The notes beneath the pieces were generated by a model. That model was not told the origin of the DNA, made no database searches, and worked only from the letters and a program-made list of their open reading frames with translations. From contig JBGAHS010000001.1 in the NCBI GenBank assembly GCA_044226015.1, forward strand, positions 1,120,001-1,184,000: a stretch of DNA of 64,000 nt. Direction: 5' to 3'. Positions 47,861 through 58,300 of the stretch are shown here, in pieces. The position numbers and the translations under genes are program-made. How positions within the stretch are numbered: position 1 is the stretch's first letter; each line of letters starts with the position of its first letter. The DNA is from Candidatus Obscuribacteraceae bacterium (GTDB taxonomy: Bacteria; Cyanobacteriota; Vampirovibrionia; Obscuribacterales; Obscuribacteraceae).

Positions 47861-48147
47861 CTAATACTGAGATTCTTCAATTCATTTGCGGGTGGCAGGG
47901 TGGAACCATTCACCAACTCGTGAATGCTCTCAATTCTGTCAAACATCCTTTCGTCAGGTTCGACAAGCCAATCACTGATACCGAGATCCTGGAAGCCGAT
48001 TATGACAGGATGCAAGATCTCATGCGTCAAGCTCAAATGGTGAGGATTAGCAAGGAAATTGAGATCGCAAAGCCTCCACAGATGGAGACAGAGGCAAGCG
48101 TAAAGCAGATGAAAGATCCCTACTTCAACCATGGAGAACACGCATGA
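47839..48147 (+). CDS. Phage hypothetical protein
   Basis: AGGAGG RBS before ATG at 47839. Confidence 0.6.
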   Translation: MLNAAQITNTEILQFICGWQGGTIHQLVNALNSVKHPFVRFDKPITDTEILEADYDRMQDLMRQAQMVRISKEIEIAKPPQMETEASVKQMKDPYFNHGEHA

Positions 48148-48341
48148 ATCAATCAAGAGAATATTGCCCAGGATGCAAGACAACGTTCTGCAAAACCTGC
48201 GGTTCTCAGAGTGAGGGAATGCATTTCGCATTAGCAGAATGCAAAGACTCTTTTGCTTGCACATATGATGTCGAAATAATAGAGCGAGAAGCTTGCCCAA
48301 ATTGTGCTTCGCCCGAGGCGCCCGGAATAGGAGATAGCTAG
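48144..48341 (+). CDS. Small Cys-rich (zinc-finger-like) phage protein
   Basis: CPGC, CKTC and CPNC motifs. Confidence 0.6.
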   Translation: MNQSREYCPGCKTTFCKTCGSQSEGMHFALAECKDSFACTYDVEIIEREACPNCASPEAPGIGDS

Positions 48342-48788
48342 ATGCAGGACGTTGATAAGGTTATAGAGGAATTGAAAGACAAGATAGTGTGCCTTGAGTT
48401 TCAGAACGAAAACTTGGACACAAGGTTGAACGCAGTGTACAAAGAGAGAAATACTTTGGTAGCTCTTCTCTCTTCGATTTTGCCATCCTCTCTGGAAAGG
48501 CACGATGAGAGTGATGAAAACTGGGAAGACGATTGGCGCTGGATTGTGTTTGTTATGCTTCCTGGCGGTAAACAGGCATCATGGCACATTCATGACTCTG
48601 ATTTGAAAATGTTTTCGCATGTAACCAGACGTGATACAAAGCGATTCGTTTGGGACGGACATACTACCGAAGAAAAATATGATCGCGTTTTCGAAGCCAT
48701 GGGCATTGAAGATGCCGCTATGAGAAAGCACCTAATGCACGATAAATTCGATTGCTGCACCTTCTGTAGTCCTGCGGAGGGAGCATGA
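48342..48788 (+). CDS. Conserved phage protein with WDGH motif
   Basis: YKERNTLVA, QASWH and WDGHTTEEKY motifs. Confidence 0.75.
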   Translation: MQDVDKVIEELKDKIVCLEFQNENLDTRLNAVYKERNTLVALLSSILPSSLERHDESDENWEDDWRWIVFVMLPGGKQASWHIHDSDLKMFSHVTRRDTKRFVWDGHTTEEKYDRVFEAMGIEDAAMRKHLMHDKFDCCTFCSPAEGA

Positions 48789-49102
48789 ACAAAACTTCTG
48801 AAGCGATAAAAAAGGCAAAGCAAGACATTTTGATATACGCAGGTGCTGCTATCGGAAGAATTACAGCCTCAAAGCAACGATACGCCTCTGGCGGTGGTGG
48901 CATCATCGTAAATGTGGTTTGCTGGCTGAAACATTCAGATTTCTGCACTACGTGGCTTCACAATTTTGTAAAGTCTCATTTTGAGCGTCGGCTGAAAGAT
49001 GTTGAGTTCTCTTGGAATGGGACATCAATTCATATCACATATCGTGATGCGGACGGAAAAATGCTTCATCCAAAGGAGGGCAGTCAAATTGGACTCAGAT
49101 AA
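48785..49102 (+). CDS. Phage hypothetical protein
   Basis: ATGA overlap with the upstream gene. GGAGG RBS. Confidence 0.55.
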   Translation: MNKTSEAIKKAKQDILIYAGAAIGRITASKQRYASGGGGIIVNVVCWLKHSDFCTTWLHNFVKSHFERRLKDVEFSWNGTSIHITYRDADGKMLHPKEGSQIGLR

Positions 49103-49343
49103 ACAAAGTGGATCCTGCACTTGGCTGAGCAAAAAAAATGGCTCCTGCCAAAAGACTGCTGTTAAGCCACAGGCAAGTAAGGATGGTTCGATATGGGCTG
49201 AGCTTTGCGAGCATCACGAAGGTGAGCTGATCAAGGCAATACAGAGTGGAAATCCTTTGGCAGTGATGGGTTGCTACGTTGCCGCGCAGGGGGGACCCAA
49301 TGTTGCGGCGCGCCGTACCGTCGATCAAATGTTTGGGAGGTAA
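49089..49343 (+). CDS. Phage hypothetical protein
   Basis: AAGGAGG RBS before TTG at 49089. Confidence 0.55.
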   Translation: MDSDKQSGSCTWLSKKNGSCQKTAVKPQASKDGSIWAELCEHHEGELIKAIQSGNPLAVMGCYVAAQGGPNVAARRTVDQMFGR

Positions 49344-49348
49344 CTAAA

Positions 49349-49714
49349 TTGAAAAACGAAATATTGTGTATCGTCGTCTTATTTCTGATTGTCTTTGGTT
49401 TGACCGTTTTGGAGAACTTAAACACAATGAATGACTCTCAAGCTCCAACGATTTTCGGGATTGATGTTAGCGAACAAGAAGATCGCACAGTTATGGTCTT
49501 CAACACAAACAAGCCCTATGAAATAGGTGGAAGATATCGCACCGTATCTGGTGCTGTTGTCGAAGTTGTTGCTTGTTCTGGACCCGGCAAGAATGGAGTG
49601 TTTCAAGTCGCCGCACAATACTTACTCCGGTTGAGGACTGCTTCACAGAAGAATGGAATGTCTTTAAAGAAGTTCACTGCTGATTTGTTGCTGTCAAAGC
49701 ACGAAGGAGACTAA
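49349..49714 (+). CDS. Phage hypothetical protein with N-terminal TM helix
   Basis: GGAGG RBS before TTG at 49349. Confidence 0.55.
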   Translation: MKNEILCIVVLFLIVFGLTVLENLNTMNDSQAPTIFGIDVSEQEDRTVMVFNTNKPYEIGGRYRTVSGAVVEVVACSGPGKNGVFQVAAQYLLRLRTASQKNGMSLKKFTADLLLSKHEGD

Positions 49715-50023
49715 TTGGAAATACATGGCGTACGAATTGGTGATCGCTACATGATGAATCACCATTGCGAGGCTGAAGTGATCGCCATTCACGAAGTAAA
49801 GGATTACATGACTGGCAAACACATAAGGTTTGAATGCATAGCCAAACACAGCATGTCAGTGAATAAATTTACGGTTCCATTCTCAACGGTTGTGCGTAAC
49901 CGCACATGGCGAGGACCGGAACCATCAGGAGCCGAGCCAACACCAACAAACGGTTGCTGGGGATGCTTCTATGGACTTGAATCAGACGAGCATTGTTGCA
50001 GATATGGAGAAAACGCGAAATGA
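49715..50023 (+). CDS. Phage hypothetical protein
   Basis: AAGGAG RBS. Confidence 0.55.
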   Translation: MEIHGVRIGDRYMMNHHCEAEVIAIHEVKDYMTGKHIRFECIAKHSMSVNKFTVPFSTVVRNRTWRGPEPSGAEPTPTNGCWGCFYGLESDEHCCRYGENAK

Positions 50024-50343
50024 AAAGCACGCTTAAAAGAATTAGTGATTGGAGCGAATTGGACCAGGCTTACTTGATGCTTTATTGCATTCAGAGCAGT
50101 GCTCTAAAACAGCACGAGGAAGGCCAACCAGATCAAAAAGCTGATGCTCTTCTGAAAATACTTGAAGAACTGGCTGTCCCCGGTGGGCTTACAGTTGATC
50201 TAGCAAAGGCTGTTGACCAAATGAAGAAAGTTGTCCCAGCCTCTAAAGTGGCTTTGTTCTACTCACGGATGAAGAACGAAAGAAGACAGATGCTCAAAAG
50301 CAGAAAAATGGAGACTAACAGTCCGGTAGGCGAAGGTGTGTAA
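50020..50343 (+). CDS. Phage hypothetical protein, last gene of the + operon
   Basis: ATGA overlap. GGAG RBS. Confidence 0.55.
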   Translation: MKSTLKRISDWSELDQAYLMLYCIQSSALKQHEEGQPDQKADALLKILEELAVPGGLTVDLAKAVDQMKKVVPASKVALFYSRMKNERRQMLKSRKMETNSPVGEGV

Positions 50344-50417
50344 GTGAGCCAAGCTGTAGGGCGGTAATAGATCCGCTCCCACCTCCAGTTTTCAATACCC
50401 CACCTTCGCGTACCGGA

Positions 50418-50945
50418 CTAATACTGCCCCTGGTACCAATTCTCTTTTTTGACCGCTTCCAGACTCTTTCCGCCTATCAAATCGTCTTCAACACGACGAC
50501 GGCGACGGAGACCCGGGAGCGGGCCTTTTTCTCCGTTGATCCATTTCTTCATCCAGATCCTGAACTGTCTCATATCTCCTTTAACGAGAGCGAGACGAGT
50601 GTTGCAGTGCGGATTGAGCCAGACGGAATCTTTCATGTTATAGCGAAAGCTGATGATTCCCGCTAAGGCGAGAGCTGAGAGCGCATCCAAAACAGCGGCA
50701 GGAATCTCTTTCCTCAATGCAGCAATCTTGCCGTCCAAGATCTTTTCAAACATTTGATCCGCTTCAGCCTGGGTAATTTTTCGCGGGTGCTCTTTCAGAG
50801 ATATCGCGCAGCCCCAGCCGATTGTAGCCCATGACTCAAGCGGGAAAATATATGATTCAAGATGGCAACTTTCAAAATGCTGAATGACCTCTCTTGCAAT
50901 TTTGCGAGCTTCAGCCCATTTAGTTTCTGTCATTATTACCACCAA
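50418..50945 (-). CDS. Phage lysozyme (GH24-like endolysin)
   Basis: FE...Y...TIGWG, ITQAEA, SFRYN and LPGLRRRR..E motifs. Confidence 0.85.
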   Translation of the reverse strand: MVVIMTETKWAEARKIAREVIQHFESCHLESYIFPLESWATIGWGCAISLKEHPRKITQAEADQMFEKILDGKIAALRKEIPAAVLDALSALALAGIISFRYNMKDSVWLNPHCNTRLALVKGDMRQFRIWMKKWINGEKGPLPGLRRRRRVEDDLIGGKSLEAVKKENWYQGQY

Positions 50946-51187
50946 TCCTCAACCCAGAAAATGTCGTAAACCTTTGAATTACTGACGATTGCTGAAGCTT
51001 TGAAATTTCCCTTTGCTCTGTAATGCTCTGCAAAAAGCTTCTTCGAAATCAGAGAAATCGGCAGACCGATCGGAGCTGTAGCAACACCAATAAATCCAGC
51101 TGCTATGTGCTTCTTCGAAGATTTTGCTTCCGCCGCCGGCAGCGCGAGCTCCATCACCACCAGTAGTATCACAATAAGCTTCAACAT
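50936..51187 (-). CDS. Small protein with signal-like N-terminus, lysis region
   Basis: MLKLIVILLVVMELALPAAEA. Confidence 0.55.
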   Translation of the reverse strand: MLKLIVILLVVMELALPAAEAKSSKKHIAAGFIGVATAPIGLPISLISKKLFAEHYRAKGNFKASAIVSNSKVYDIFWVEDWW

Positions 51188-51574
51188 TTACTTTTCCTCA
51201 AGCAAAACCCGAGCTTTCTTCGGGATCTTTAGGGCTGTAATCAAGCCTGCGGCGAAAGGCGCACTGGCGATGGACACGATGATGAAGGGAATCTTTGGCA
51301 TCTCATGCCCGTTTAGTGCGTGAATGACCCACACCGAAACGACTGCAAGTGCGAAAACGCTAGAGACAACTAAGCCACTGATCGCGGTTGCGACTCCGAC
51401 GCGGATTTGTCCTTCTGTGAGTTCTCTAAGTTCTTCGTATCTACGGATCTCACATTCTTCGATTGAGCAGTGGTCATGGGATTGGATTGAACAAGCATCC
51501 AGCCCAAGACTAAGCTCAATAACAGGCTCAGCATCCACTGCAGGCAGATTGTCTCTAGCATCATTCACCTTCAT
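51188..51574 (-). CDS. Two-TM membrane protein, possible holin
   Basis: Two hydrophobic helices and a basic tail, upstream of the lysozyme. Confidence 0.5.
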   Translation of the reverse strand: MKVNDARDNLPAVDAEPVIELSLGLDACSIQSHDHCSIEECEIRRYEELRELTEGQIRVGVATAISGLVVSSVFALAVVSVWVIHALNGHEMPKIPFIIVSIASAPFAAGLITALKIPKKARVLLEEK

Positions 51575-51599
51575 TTCCTTTCGTTAGTACGGCTTCAGA

Positions 51600-51962
51600 T
51601 CAGTCAACGCCCAATGCACCAGCCAGGCTAGTCGCTTGATTCACTACTTCCATGATCTTCGGCTGAAGTGAAGCAAGCCTGGTGGCACCTGAAAGTATTT
51701 CTTTGACTTTTGGATTTTGCATTGTGACAGGCAAATGCTTCGACAGATAATCCTGGATCTCTTTGGCGATCTCTGGATTATCGTGTTTGATTTGCTCAAT
51801 CAATTGGGCGATGTGTTCAAGCTCGTGGACTTCTTTCTCAAGAGCATCAATCTTTTCTTTCAGCTCTATCACGTCCGGCTTGTTGTTGTGATTGAGGTCG
51901 ATTTTCATAACCTTCTTTTTAGCGCCATCGAGCGCCATCTTCATCGGGTCTACTCCAAGCAT
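51600..51962 (-). CDS. Phage hypothetical protein
   Basis: AAGGAAGG RBS. Coiled-coil. DLNHNNKPD Ca-loop-like motif. Confidence 0.6.
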   Translation of the reverse strand: MLGVDPMKMALDGAKKKVMKIDLNHNNKPDVIELKEKIDALEKEVHELEHIAQLIEQIKHDNPEIAKEIQDYLSKHLPVTMQNPKVKEILSGATRLASLQPKIMEVVNQATSLAGALGVD

Positions 51963-52001
51963 GTCTGCCTTCCTTTACTAGTGGGCATAGTGTTATCTAG
52001 G

Positions 52002-52820
52002 CTAGTATATGTTTGAATCAGAAATCGTGCGCGAAATTAATTTCCTTCCTCGTACATAGAGCCCGTACATAGAGCCCAATCCATACGAAGCGGCGCTCGT
52101 GGTGAGCGTTCGTACACCTTCTTGAAGTTGTAGCAAGATGCTGGCATTAGGCAGTGTTGTGCTGTTGGTGCCTTTCAAAGCCCCGTCTATGTAAAATTTG
52201 ACGTTTGCCGGGTTTGATAAATCCATTGCAAATTTATTTGTCGTTCCGCTAACCGGAGTTACGCCTGTATCGGTAACTGTATCTGAGCTTCCGTTACTTG
52301 TTATCACTTTCCATGTGGTATCGCCGGCCGCCGTAGAGAATCGAAAATAAGCTCCATGTGCAGCCGCTCCCGCACCCAAAAGGTCAGCTGTCACAGTGCT
52401 CGTATTCGAATATCCCAGAGCGATTCTTACGTTGGTCAATGTACCTGGAGTAAAAACCATATTGCAGGTCGGACCCAAGTTATAGCTAAAAATAGCCAGT
52501 CCGCCTTGTTGAAATGCTGTTGAGTTCGTGGTGGCAGCTGTTGAGCCGGAGTACTGATAGTAGCCATTGGTTACACCAGGCGTTGCCGACCCCCCAGCAG
52601 CAAAGGTACCTCCCAGACTGGTGCCATAACCGTAGGAGTAATAGCCACCATTCGTGTAAAAGTTAGAACATCTTCTTTTGTAAGGATCTGCTGAGAAGCC
52701 TAGGGGGAGTGCGGCACCACCACCACTGCTAGCAGGTGGAATGTACTGAGCTAGAGCAGGTATGCAATTTAGAAGCAGTGCGATAAAAAGGGTGAAGGAT
52801 TTGATTAGAATGCGATCCAT
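52002..52820 (-). CDS. Beta-rich lectin/LamG-like protein with signal peptide, C-terminus altered by a 13-bp duplication
   Basis: Leader ending IPALA. YFRFS...WKVIT...TDTGV...VKFYIDG beta-sandwich pattern. Confidence 0.65.
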   Translation of the reverse strand: MDRILIKSFTLFIALLLNCIPALAQYIPPASSGGGAALPLGFSADPYKRRCSNFYTNGGYYSYGYGTSLGGTFAAGGSATPGVTNGYYQYSGSTAATTNSTAFQQGGLAIFSYNLGPTCNMVFTPGTLTNVRIALGYSNTSTVTADLLGAGAAAHGAYFRFSTAAGDTTWKVITSNGSSDTVTDTGVTPVSGTTNKFAMDLSNPANVKFYIDGALKGTNSTTLPNASILLQLQEGVRTLTTSAASYGLGSMYGLYVRGRKLISRTISDSNIY

Positions 52821-53134
52821 GAGATTTTCCCCGTAGTTCCATTTCCGTAGTAGTTAACTTGACTGATTGCAGAAACCGGGCTGGCTACACCATAGGCGAA
52901 ACCAGCGCCTGAATCAATTAGAGCATCACTTGTGGTGGCAGTGCGCTCCAGGAAATTCACATTTACAGTGCTACTTCCGGTGCTGAGCCAAATCACCACG
53001 TGGCTGAATTGTCCGCCCAGGGCGATACTTTGTGCACCGGAAGCGATCGAAGCATTACCGCTTGCACCACCAGCAGCAAAGACAGGGATAACAGACATCA
53101 CAAATGCCATTAAAAGAAGTGCTAGCCGTTTCAT
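52805..53134 (-). CDS. Small beta-rich protein with signal peptide
   Basis: MKRLALLLMAFVMSVIPVFA leader. Confidence 0.65.
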   Translation of the reverse strand: MKRLALLLMAFVMSVIPVFAAGGASGNASIASGAQSIALGGQFSHVVIWLSTGSSTVNVNFLERTATTSDALIDSGAGFAYGVASPVSAISQVNYYGNGTTGKISWIAF

Positions 53135-53188
53135 GTTCTGTTACCCCTTGTAGTGTTACTGCTTGTAGTATCTGTTCGCAAAAACAGA

Positions 53189-54304
53189 TTAGGTGAGATC
53201 AATTACTCTTGCAACAATTTCCCACTCAACGGTTCCGTTGCCATTGATTGGATTTGATGTAGCGTTTTGCAGATTGACGTTCTGGTTTATCCAATTGGTT
53301 GGCGAAGCGCCATAGCCCGCACTGACTTGGAAATTCCAATACGAATCAGCGCTATTGTAGAGCCCGGTTGAATTGGTTACATTGCTCAAGGAGAATGCGG
53401 TGCCGATACGAATATTCATTGTGGTGCCACCTCCCGCATAAGAGATACCGCCATGCTTGTAGTGGAAGAAAGCTGATAGCATCTGCCAAGCTTTTCCGAC
53501 ACCCGGAGCCGGAAGAAGTTCCACCGGTAAAGAGAAAGAGTTCAAAATTTGACTGGAGCTAATCGTTCCTTTGTAGACTTGGTGCGTGTTTCCTACGAGA
53601 ACAAGCCAATAGGTCACATTGTTAAGTGGGATTTGATTTGTGTTGTTCGCTACGCAAATGTAAGTTGCACCATTGTAGATAACTGCGTCATCAACTACGT
53701 ATGCAGTGGCATTGCTCCATACTCCCTTGAAGTTAAAGCCTTTCGCTCCCGTGTCGCCCTTGTCACCTTTCAATCCTTGGATACCCTGCGCTCCCTGTCC
53801 GGCTAAAGTCTGCCAATTGCCTGATGGCGGTGGATCGTTCAAGCTTGAGCCAACGGCAATATAGGAGGCGTTGTTGTAAGCAACAGCTTCTCCCGGAAGA
53901 TAATTTACGAGCGCATTCCAGTTGCCACGCCAGACAAATGTTCTTTTGTCTATATCTCTACGCACGTCTTGAATCATCAAGACAGTTTTATCGAAGGCGG
54001 TCTCAAGCGAAACGCTATTTATTTGCGCCTCAGTTCCAATAGCGAGATCTTGTGTTTCCTCTGTATTTCTACGCATTAGTACCGATTTCCCGTTTGCTGG
54101 TGGTGTTGAAAAAAGAACCACACCGCCAGGGCTGGTTTTTTGATTATCGTTCGGAAGAACTGAAATCCCTGAGGTTTGCAACACGTTATCGACGTAAACA
54201 TCTACGTCAGGGTTGTCTCTCAGGACAGCGAAAGTGAAATCAAAATTTGTCTTCACGCCGTTTGCAGGGAGTGTGTTTTCAGAGTGTGTTGTTTGTACTG
54301 TCAT
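53189..54304 (-). CDS. Tail fibre protein 2 (T7 gp17-like N-terminus, collagen, carbohydrate-binding-like repeats)
   Basis: ANGVKTNFDFTF...RRNT...FDKTVLMIQD. WRGNW/FKGVW...Y...V.YN repeats. GxQ/GDK triplets. Confidence 0.85.
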   Translation of the reverse strand: MTVQTTHSENTLPANGVKTNFDFTFAVLRDNPDVDVYVDNVLQTSGISVLPNDNQKTSPGGVVLFSTPPANGKSVLMRRNTEETQDLAIGTEAQINSVSLETAFDKTVLMIQDVRRDIDKRTFVWRGNWNALVNYLPGEAVAYNNASYIAVGSSLNDPPPSGNWQTLAGQGAQGIQGLKGDKGDTGAKGFNFKGVWSNATAYVVDDAVIYNGATYICVANNTNQIPLNNVTYWLVLVGNTHQVYKGTISSSQILNSFSLPVELLPAPGVGKAWQMLSAFFHYKHGGISYAGGGTTMNIRIGTAFSLSNVTNSTGLYNSADSYWNFQVSAGYGASPTNWINQNVNLQNATSNPINGNGTVEWEIVARVIDLT

Positions 54305-54305
54305 C

Positions 54306-55325
54306 TTAATCCACCTTTATTATCAAAAGCAGGGCTGTTTCTATCGGTCGGCTAGACTCTACGTTTGCTTGAGTGTTGCCGGAGATACTTGCTGTGTGCG
54401 CGTGGCTTGCGGGATTGAAGTTCATAGTCCCATTAAGTGGTGCTTGGCTGACACCAGAGCCAGCTGCTACGCCTGATGCTGTGATGGTGCCACCTGCGCT
54501 GGCATTCGCAACGGTGACGGTTCCGCCGTTGCCGTGCTGGTGCGTTTTTGTTCCGCTTACTGTGCCAGGTCGTACGGTTGAGCCCGTATAGCCAGACGAG
54601 CCAGTGTCGTCGACAGCTGCCCCCAAAACATACTTGCCTCTGGTGTCAGGAGTAGTTCTTGAGACACCGTTGATAGTGACATTTTGACCATTGCAGAGCG
54701 CCCATCCTGCCGGGATCGCAACTGTTGCCGGATCGAAAGGCCAGAACATTACAACACCCGAAGGGATGCTGGCGGCCCCAGCTGAAGCTGTCCAGACTCC
54801 GGAAACAACTTTTAGAATATCCCCATCGTTAACCGGTGCGATACCAGCTTTTAAGAGATTGCCAAGAGTACCATTCCATAAAGGGATCGCGTTGTTTACC
54901 GTGGTGCCAGGTCCACCTATGGTGCCGCTTGGTCCTTGTGGTCCTTGTGGTCCTTGGGGTCCTTGTTGTCCTTGTGTGTTAGCAGCGGCTTCTTGTAACA
55001 GCATTGTGAGCTTATCGAATACCAGCTCAAGCGAATCTGTGTTGAGCAAAGATTCACGAGTAAATGCAACGTCCTGGACCTGCGGAGTATTGCGCTTAAT
55101 CAAGATTGCTACCCCATTTGCAGGTGCAGCTGTGAAAGTGATATTTCCGCCTGGCGATTGTTCTTGATCAGAATTTACTGAAATGGTGAATCCTGTAGTT
55201 TGTAAAACACTCGCCAAATAGACTTGCACGCTTGCGGCATTGAGAACTTGGAAAGTGAAGTTAAAGGGCTTTGTACTGCCATCGCCAGTAAAGCTATTGC
55301 TTATGTGTGTTGTTTGTACTGTCAT
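54306..55325 (-). CDS. Tail fibre protein 1 (T7 gp17-like N-terminus, collagen, tail collar)
   Basis: GDGSTKPFNFTF, GPQ repeats and IPAGWALCNG...TPDTRGKYVLG collar motif. Confidence 0.88.
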   Translation of the reverse strand: MTVQTTHISNSFTGDGSTKPFNFTFQVLNAASVQVYLASVLQTTGFTISVNSDQEQSPGGNITFTAAPANGVAILIKRNTPQVQDVAFTRESLLNTDSLELVFDKLTMLLQEAAANTQGQQGPQGPQGPQGPSGTIGGPGTTVNNAIPLWNGTLGNLLKAGIAPVNDGDILKVVSGVWTASAGAASIPSGVVMFWPFDPATVAIPAGWALCNGQNVTINGVSRTTPDTRGKYVLGAAVDDTGSSGYTGSTVRPGTVSGTKTHQHGNGGTVTVANASAGGTITASGVAAGSGVSQAPLNGTMNFNPASHAHTASISGNTQANVESSRPIETALLLIIKVD

Positions 55326-58300
55326 TGCCCTTCACCTGCTTTCTGCGTAGCCTTCACTCCTAGCTCTGAGTATTTGAATAGTCCCCAGAAAGGAAGCCCT
55401 GTTGCCACGCTTGCGACACCCGCGATGCTCTTGAACGCCTTAACCCAATCCTCACCCTCAATTTCTTCCCCGGTTGCCATCTTATTGGTGATAGTCCAAA
55501 GTCGCTTTATTAACTTAGCAGAATCACCAGCTAGTCCGCCCAAAATTGTTCTGGGCTCTTGCTGACCTTTGAAGCCTGATAATGCACCATAAATGACGTC
55601 AAAACCAATTAGCGGAAGCTGGCTGTAGCTGCCACCAATTGCAGTGCTAAGGATCCTGAGTCTTGCCTCTTCTTGCTCTTTCTCGTCTCCAAATAGAAAA
55701 GACGGAGCGGTGTTGATTGTTTGAAAAAGTGTCTGCGCTACATGGATGCTTAGAATGACCCTAGCCATTCTAGCCAAGCTTTTTTCATCTTTGTGAATAA
55801 ACCAATCTCGGATCGCTCCGGATTCTCTGTTGAGGGCCTGGATCCCTTCTTTCGCAAATGCTAGAGATATGTTTGCTACGCCACCTTTGAATTCCGCAGG
55901 AACCTTTTGTGATGCACGGGAAGACGATTGTGTTCGATCCACTAGCCTATCACCAGCAAGAGCTGCTTCTTCAATTGAAGCACCCCCTTTACGCATTCGA
56001 TTGAATTCGATAAATCCACTCAACGCTGCCGCTACTCCGTCTCCCCACTTATGCATTGGCGTGAGGAAAAATGTTTTGATCGCCGGGGCTCTGTCTTTCA
56101 TCACGCGCGGACCCACTGCGTCTATAAAAGTTCTCTCTTTTGTGGCTTCCATAAGTTCATTCAAGATATGGTCTTGTCGGTCAGCATAGAGTTCGGAAGC
56201 AGAGAGATATTCCTGCAGATTTTTCTTGTTAGTGGCTTTCCGCAAACCGTCAAGAAATTCCCCATAGTTGTTAGTACTCAAAGTAGCAAGTACTGATGTC
56301 CACTGTTTTGGAGCTTGATCGAGGCGTGCTCCAAGCAGACCAGTGGCCATGTTGCCTTTCAACTTTTGAAATGATCGATCGGCTAAATCCATAATTCCAG
56401 TCTTTAGATGAAATTGAAATGCGATTCGACCATCAATAAGACCTGTATATTCTTTTCCTAGCTTGTGTTCAATAACATCTCTCAGTCCATCTTTGGTTGA
56501 GTCTGAAAAAATGTAAGATAGCAGCCTGGCTTTTTCAGAGTTCGCAATCCAAAACGCCATCTCGGCTCTGTGGCTTTGCACTTGATGAAATGGATCGACA
56601 AGCTTTATTGGCAAACTGCTATTTTTTCTGCCTTTTACAGAACCCGGATCTAGACTTTGTTTCGCAAAGTCGTGGACACCTTGCAAAAGATCTGCTGCTG
56701 TCTTAATTCTTTCTAGTTGCCTGTGCACAATTTGCCCGCTGTAATTTGGATCCATCGGAAGTTCTACGCCGTATTCTTTCAGATAGTGGTTTGCTATTTG
56801 CGGTGCGAACCATCTGTAAAAGTCTCGTACTGCTTCAGCGAGTTTTATATATTTACCGCCTTCGTGATCAGTCAGTAGTTGTTGAACTGCTTCCTGGGTA
56901 GAAGTGCCACCACTTTCTACCATGCCTTTTAGAGTATATTTGTTACCATTCACCAAACCTGGAACCGCACCCTGATCTTCAAATGCTAAATGCAGATATG
57001 CTAGTTCATTTGGCGTGAGCAGTTCTACTCCGGTAGCGCCAGTAGCATCTGTGTATTTAAGTTCCAGACGCTCTTTCTTATTTGCACCATTTCTAACAAG
57101 TCTGTTAACTTCGCGCATTGAGCCGACAGCTTTTGTATATAGCTCCGTGAGTTTTTCCGCAGCTTTAAGATTGATAGCCGATTCTTTATTCTCCGTTTCC
57201 GTGAAATCCAGCGTGCCATCAATCAGCTTACCTCGCTCTTCAAAGGGGGTATCTTGCAACAATTTATCCCACAAAGATGTGGATGTTCGTCTTAGTGAAT
57301 TTAGCAACTTACCAACATCGGTAAGCTGTTTTGGTCCAGCTTCATCCAGAGAGGGCGTGATAGGTTTATTGCCCTGAACACCTTGCAAAATTTCGGCGCG
57401 GGCATTCTCTAGTTTTTGTTGTTCGGCTTGCTTGCGTTCGAAGTATTCTGATTTGCCTGTCTTCACCATGGTTTCGATTTGATCAGCCAGAGATTGGATC
57501 TTTTCGGCATCCAAAGCGTTAGACCAATACTGCATTGCTTGCATTGCAATTCGTCTTTTCTCGGCTTGTTCTGCGGGCTGGTTGAAGATCTCTGATAGTT
57601 CGTTGTTCTCCAACTTCTCCAGCTGTCTTTCCATGTTGATGCGTTCTGTTTCAATTCCTCTATCAACATACTCAGAGGCTTTACGTAACGCCGCTTCCTG
57701 AGCAAGTTTTGCTGTCTCTCCCGCCGCCCTCCTGCTTTCGGATTTTGGGATCTCCGGAGCCGTAAAAAACTCCTTGTACCATTTCAGGGATGCTTGCACC
57801 GTCGGAGGCATTTCAGCTTTCTTTCCGTGCAGTTGCCCAGACTCGATGACTTTTGCCAGTCTTTTTTTTGCGGCTGCTAAGTCGTTCGCATGTTCCCGAC
57901 CGCGCTGATCTTCAATGAAGCTCTCGCCTTCTCTCAGCAGATCTTTGACACTGTTGATTTCTACAATTCGTCCCAATAAGCGTGATTTCATTGGCGCATC
58001 CAGCTTATCTGAATTGGTCACCATTCTCTTAAGTAGCCTTTGAACACGTTTAGATTCTTGAATCTTGGTTTCTGCGGTCTCTGAATAAAAACGAGAATTG
58101 ACAGCAGCGAATATTCGATGGATCTCTCTTTCAGCTGCTTCTCGCTTCGCAAGGCGCATTGCTGCATTTCGTTTTTTCTCAATTGCAGTTTTTGATTCTC
58201 CATTTGCTTCTGGAGCTTGAGCGCTGTCTTCTTTGGGAATCTGCGCTTCCTCTAATTTCTGAATCTTTTCTTGTTGCTTTTGAAGGTGAGCATCAACCCC

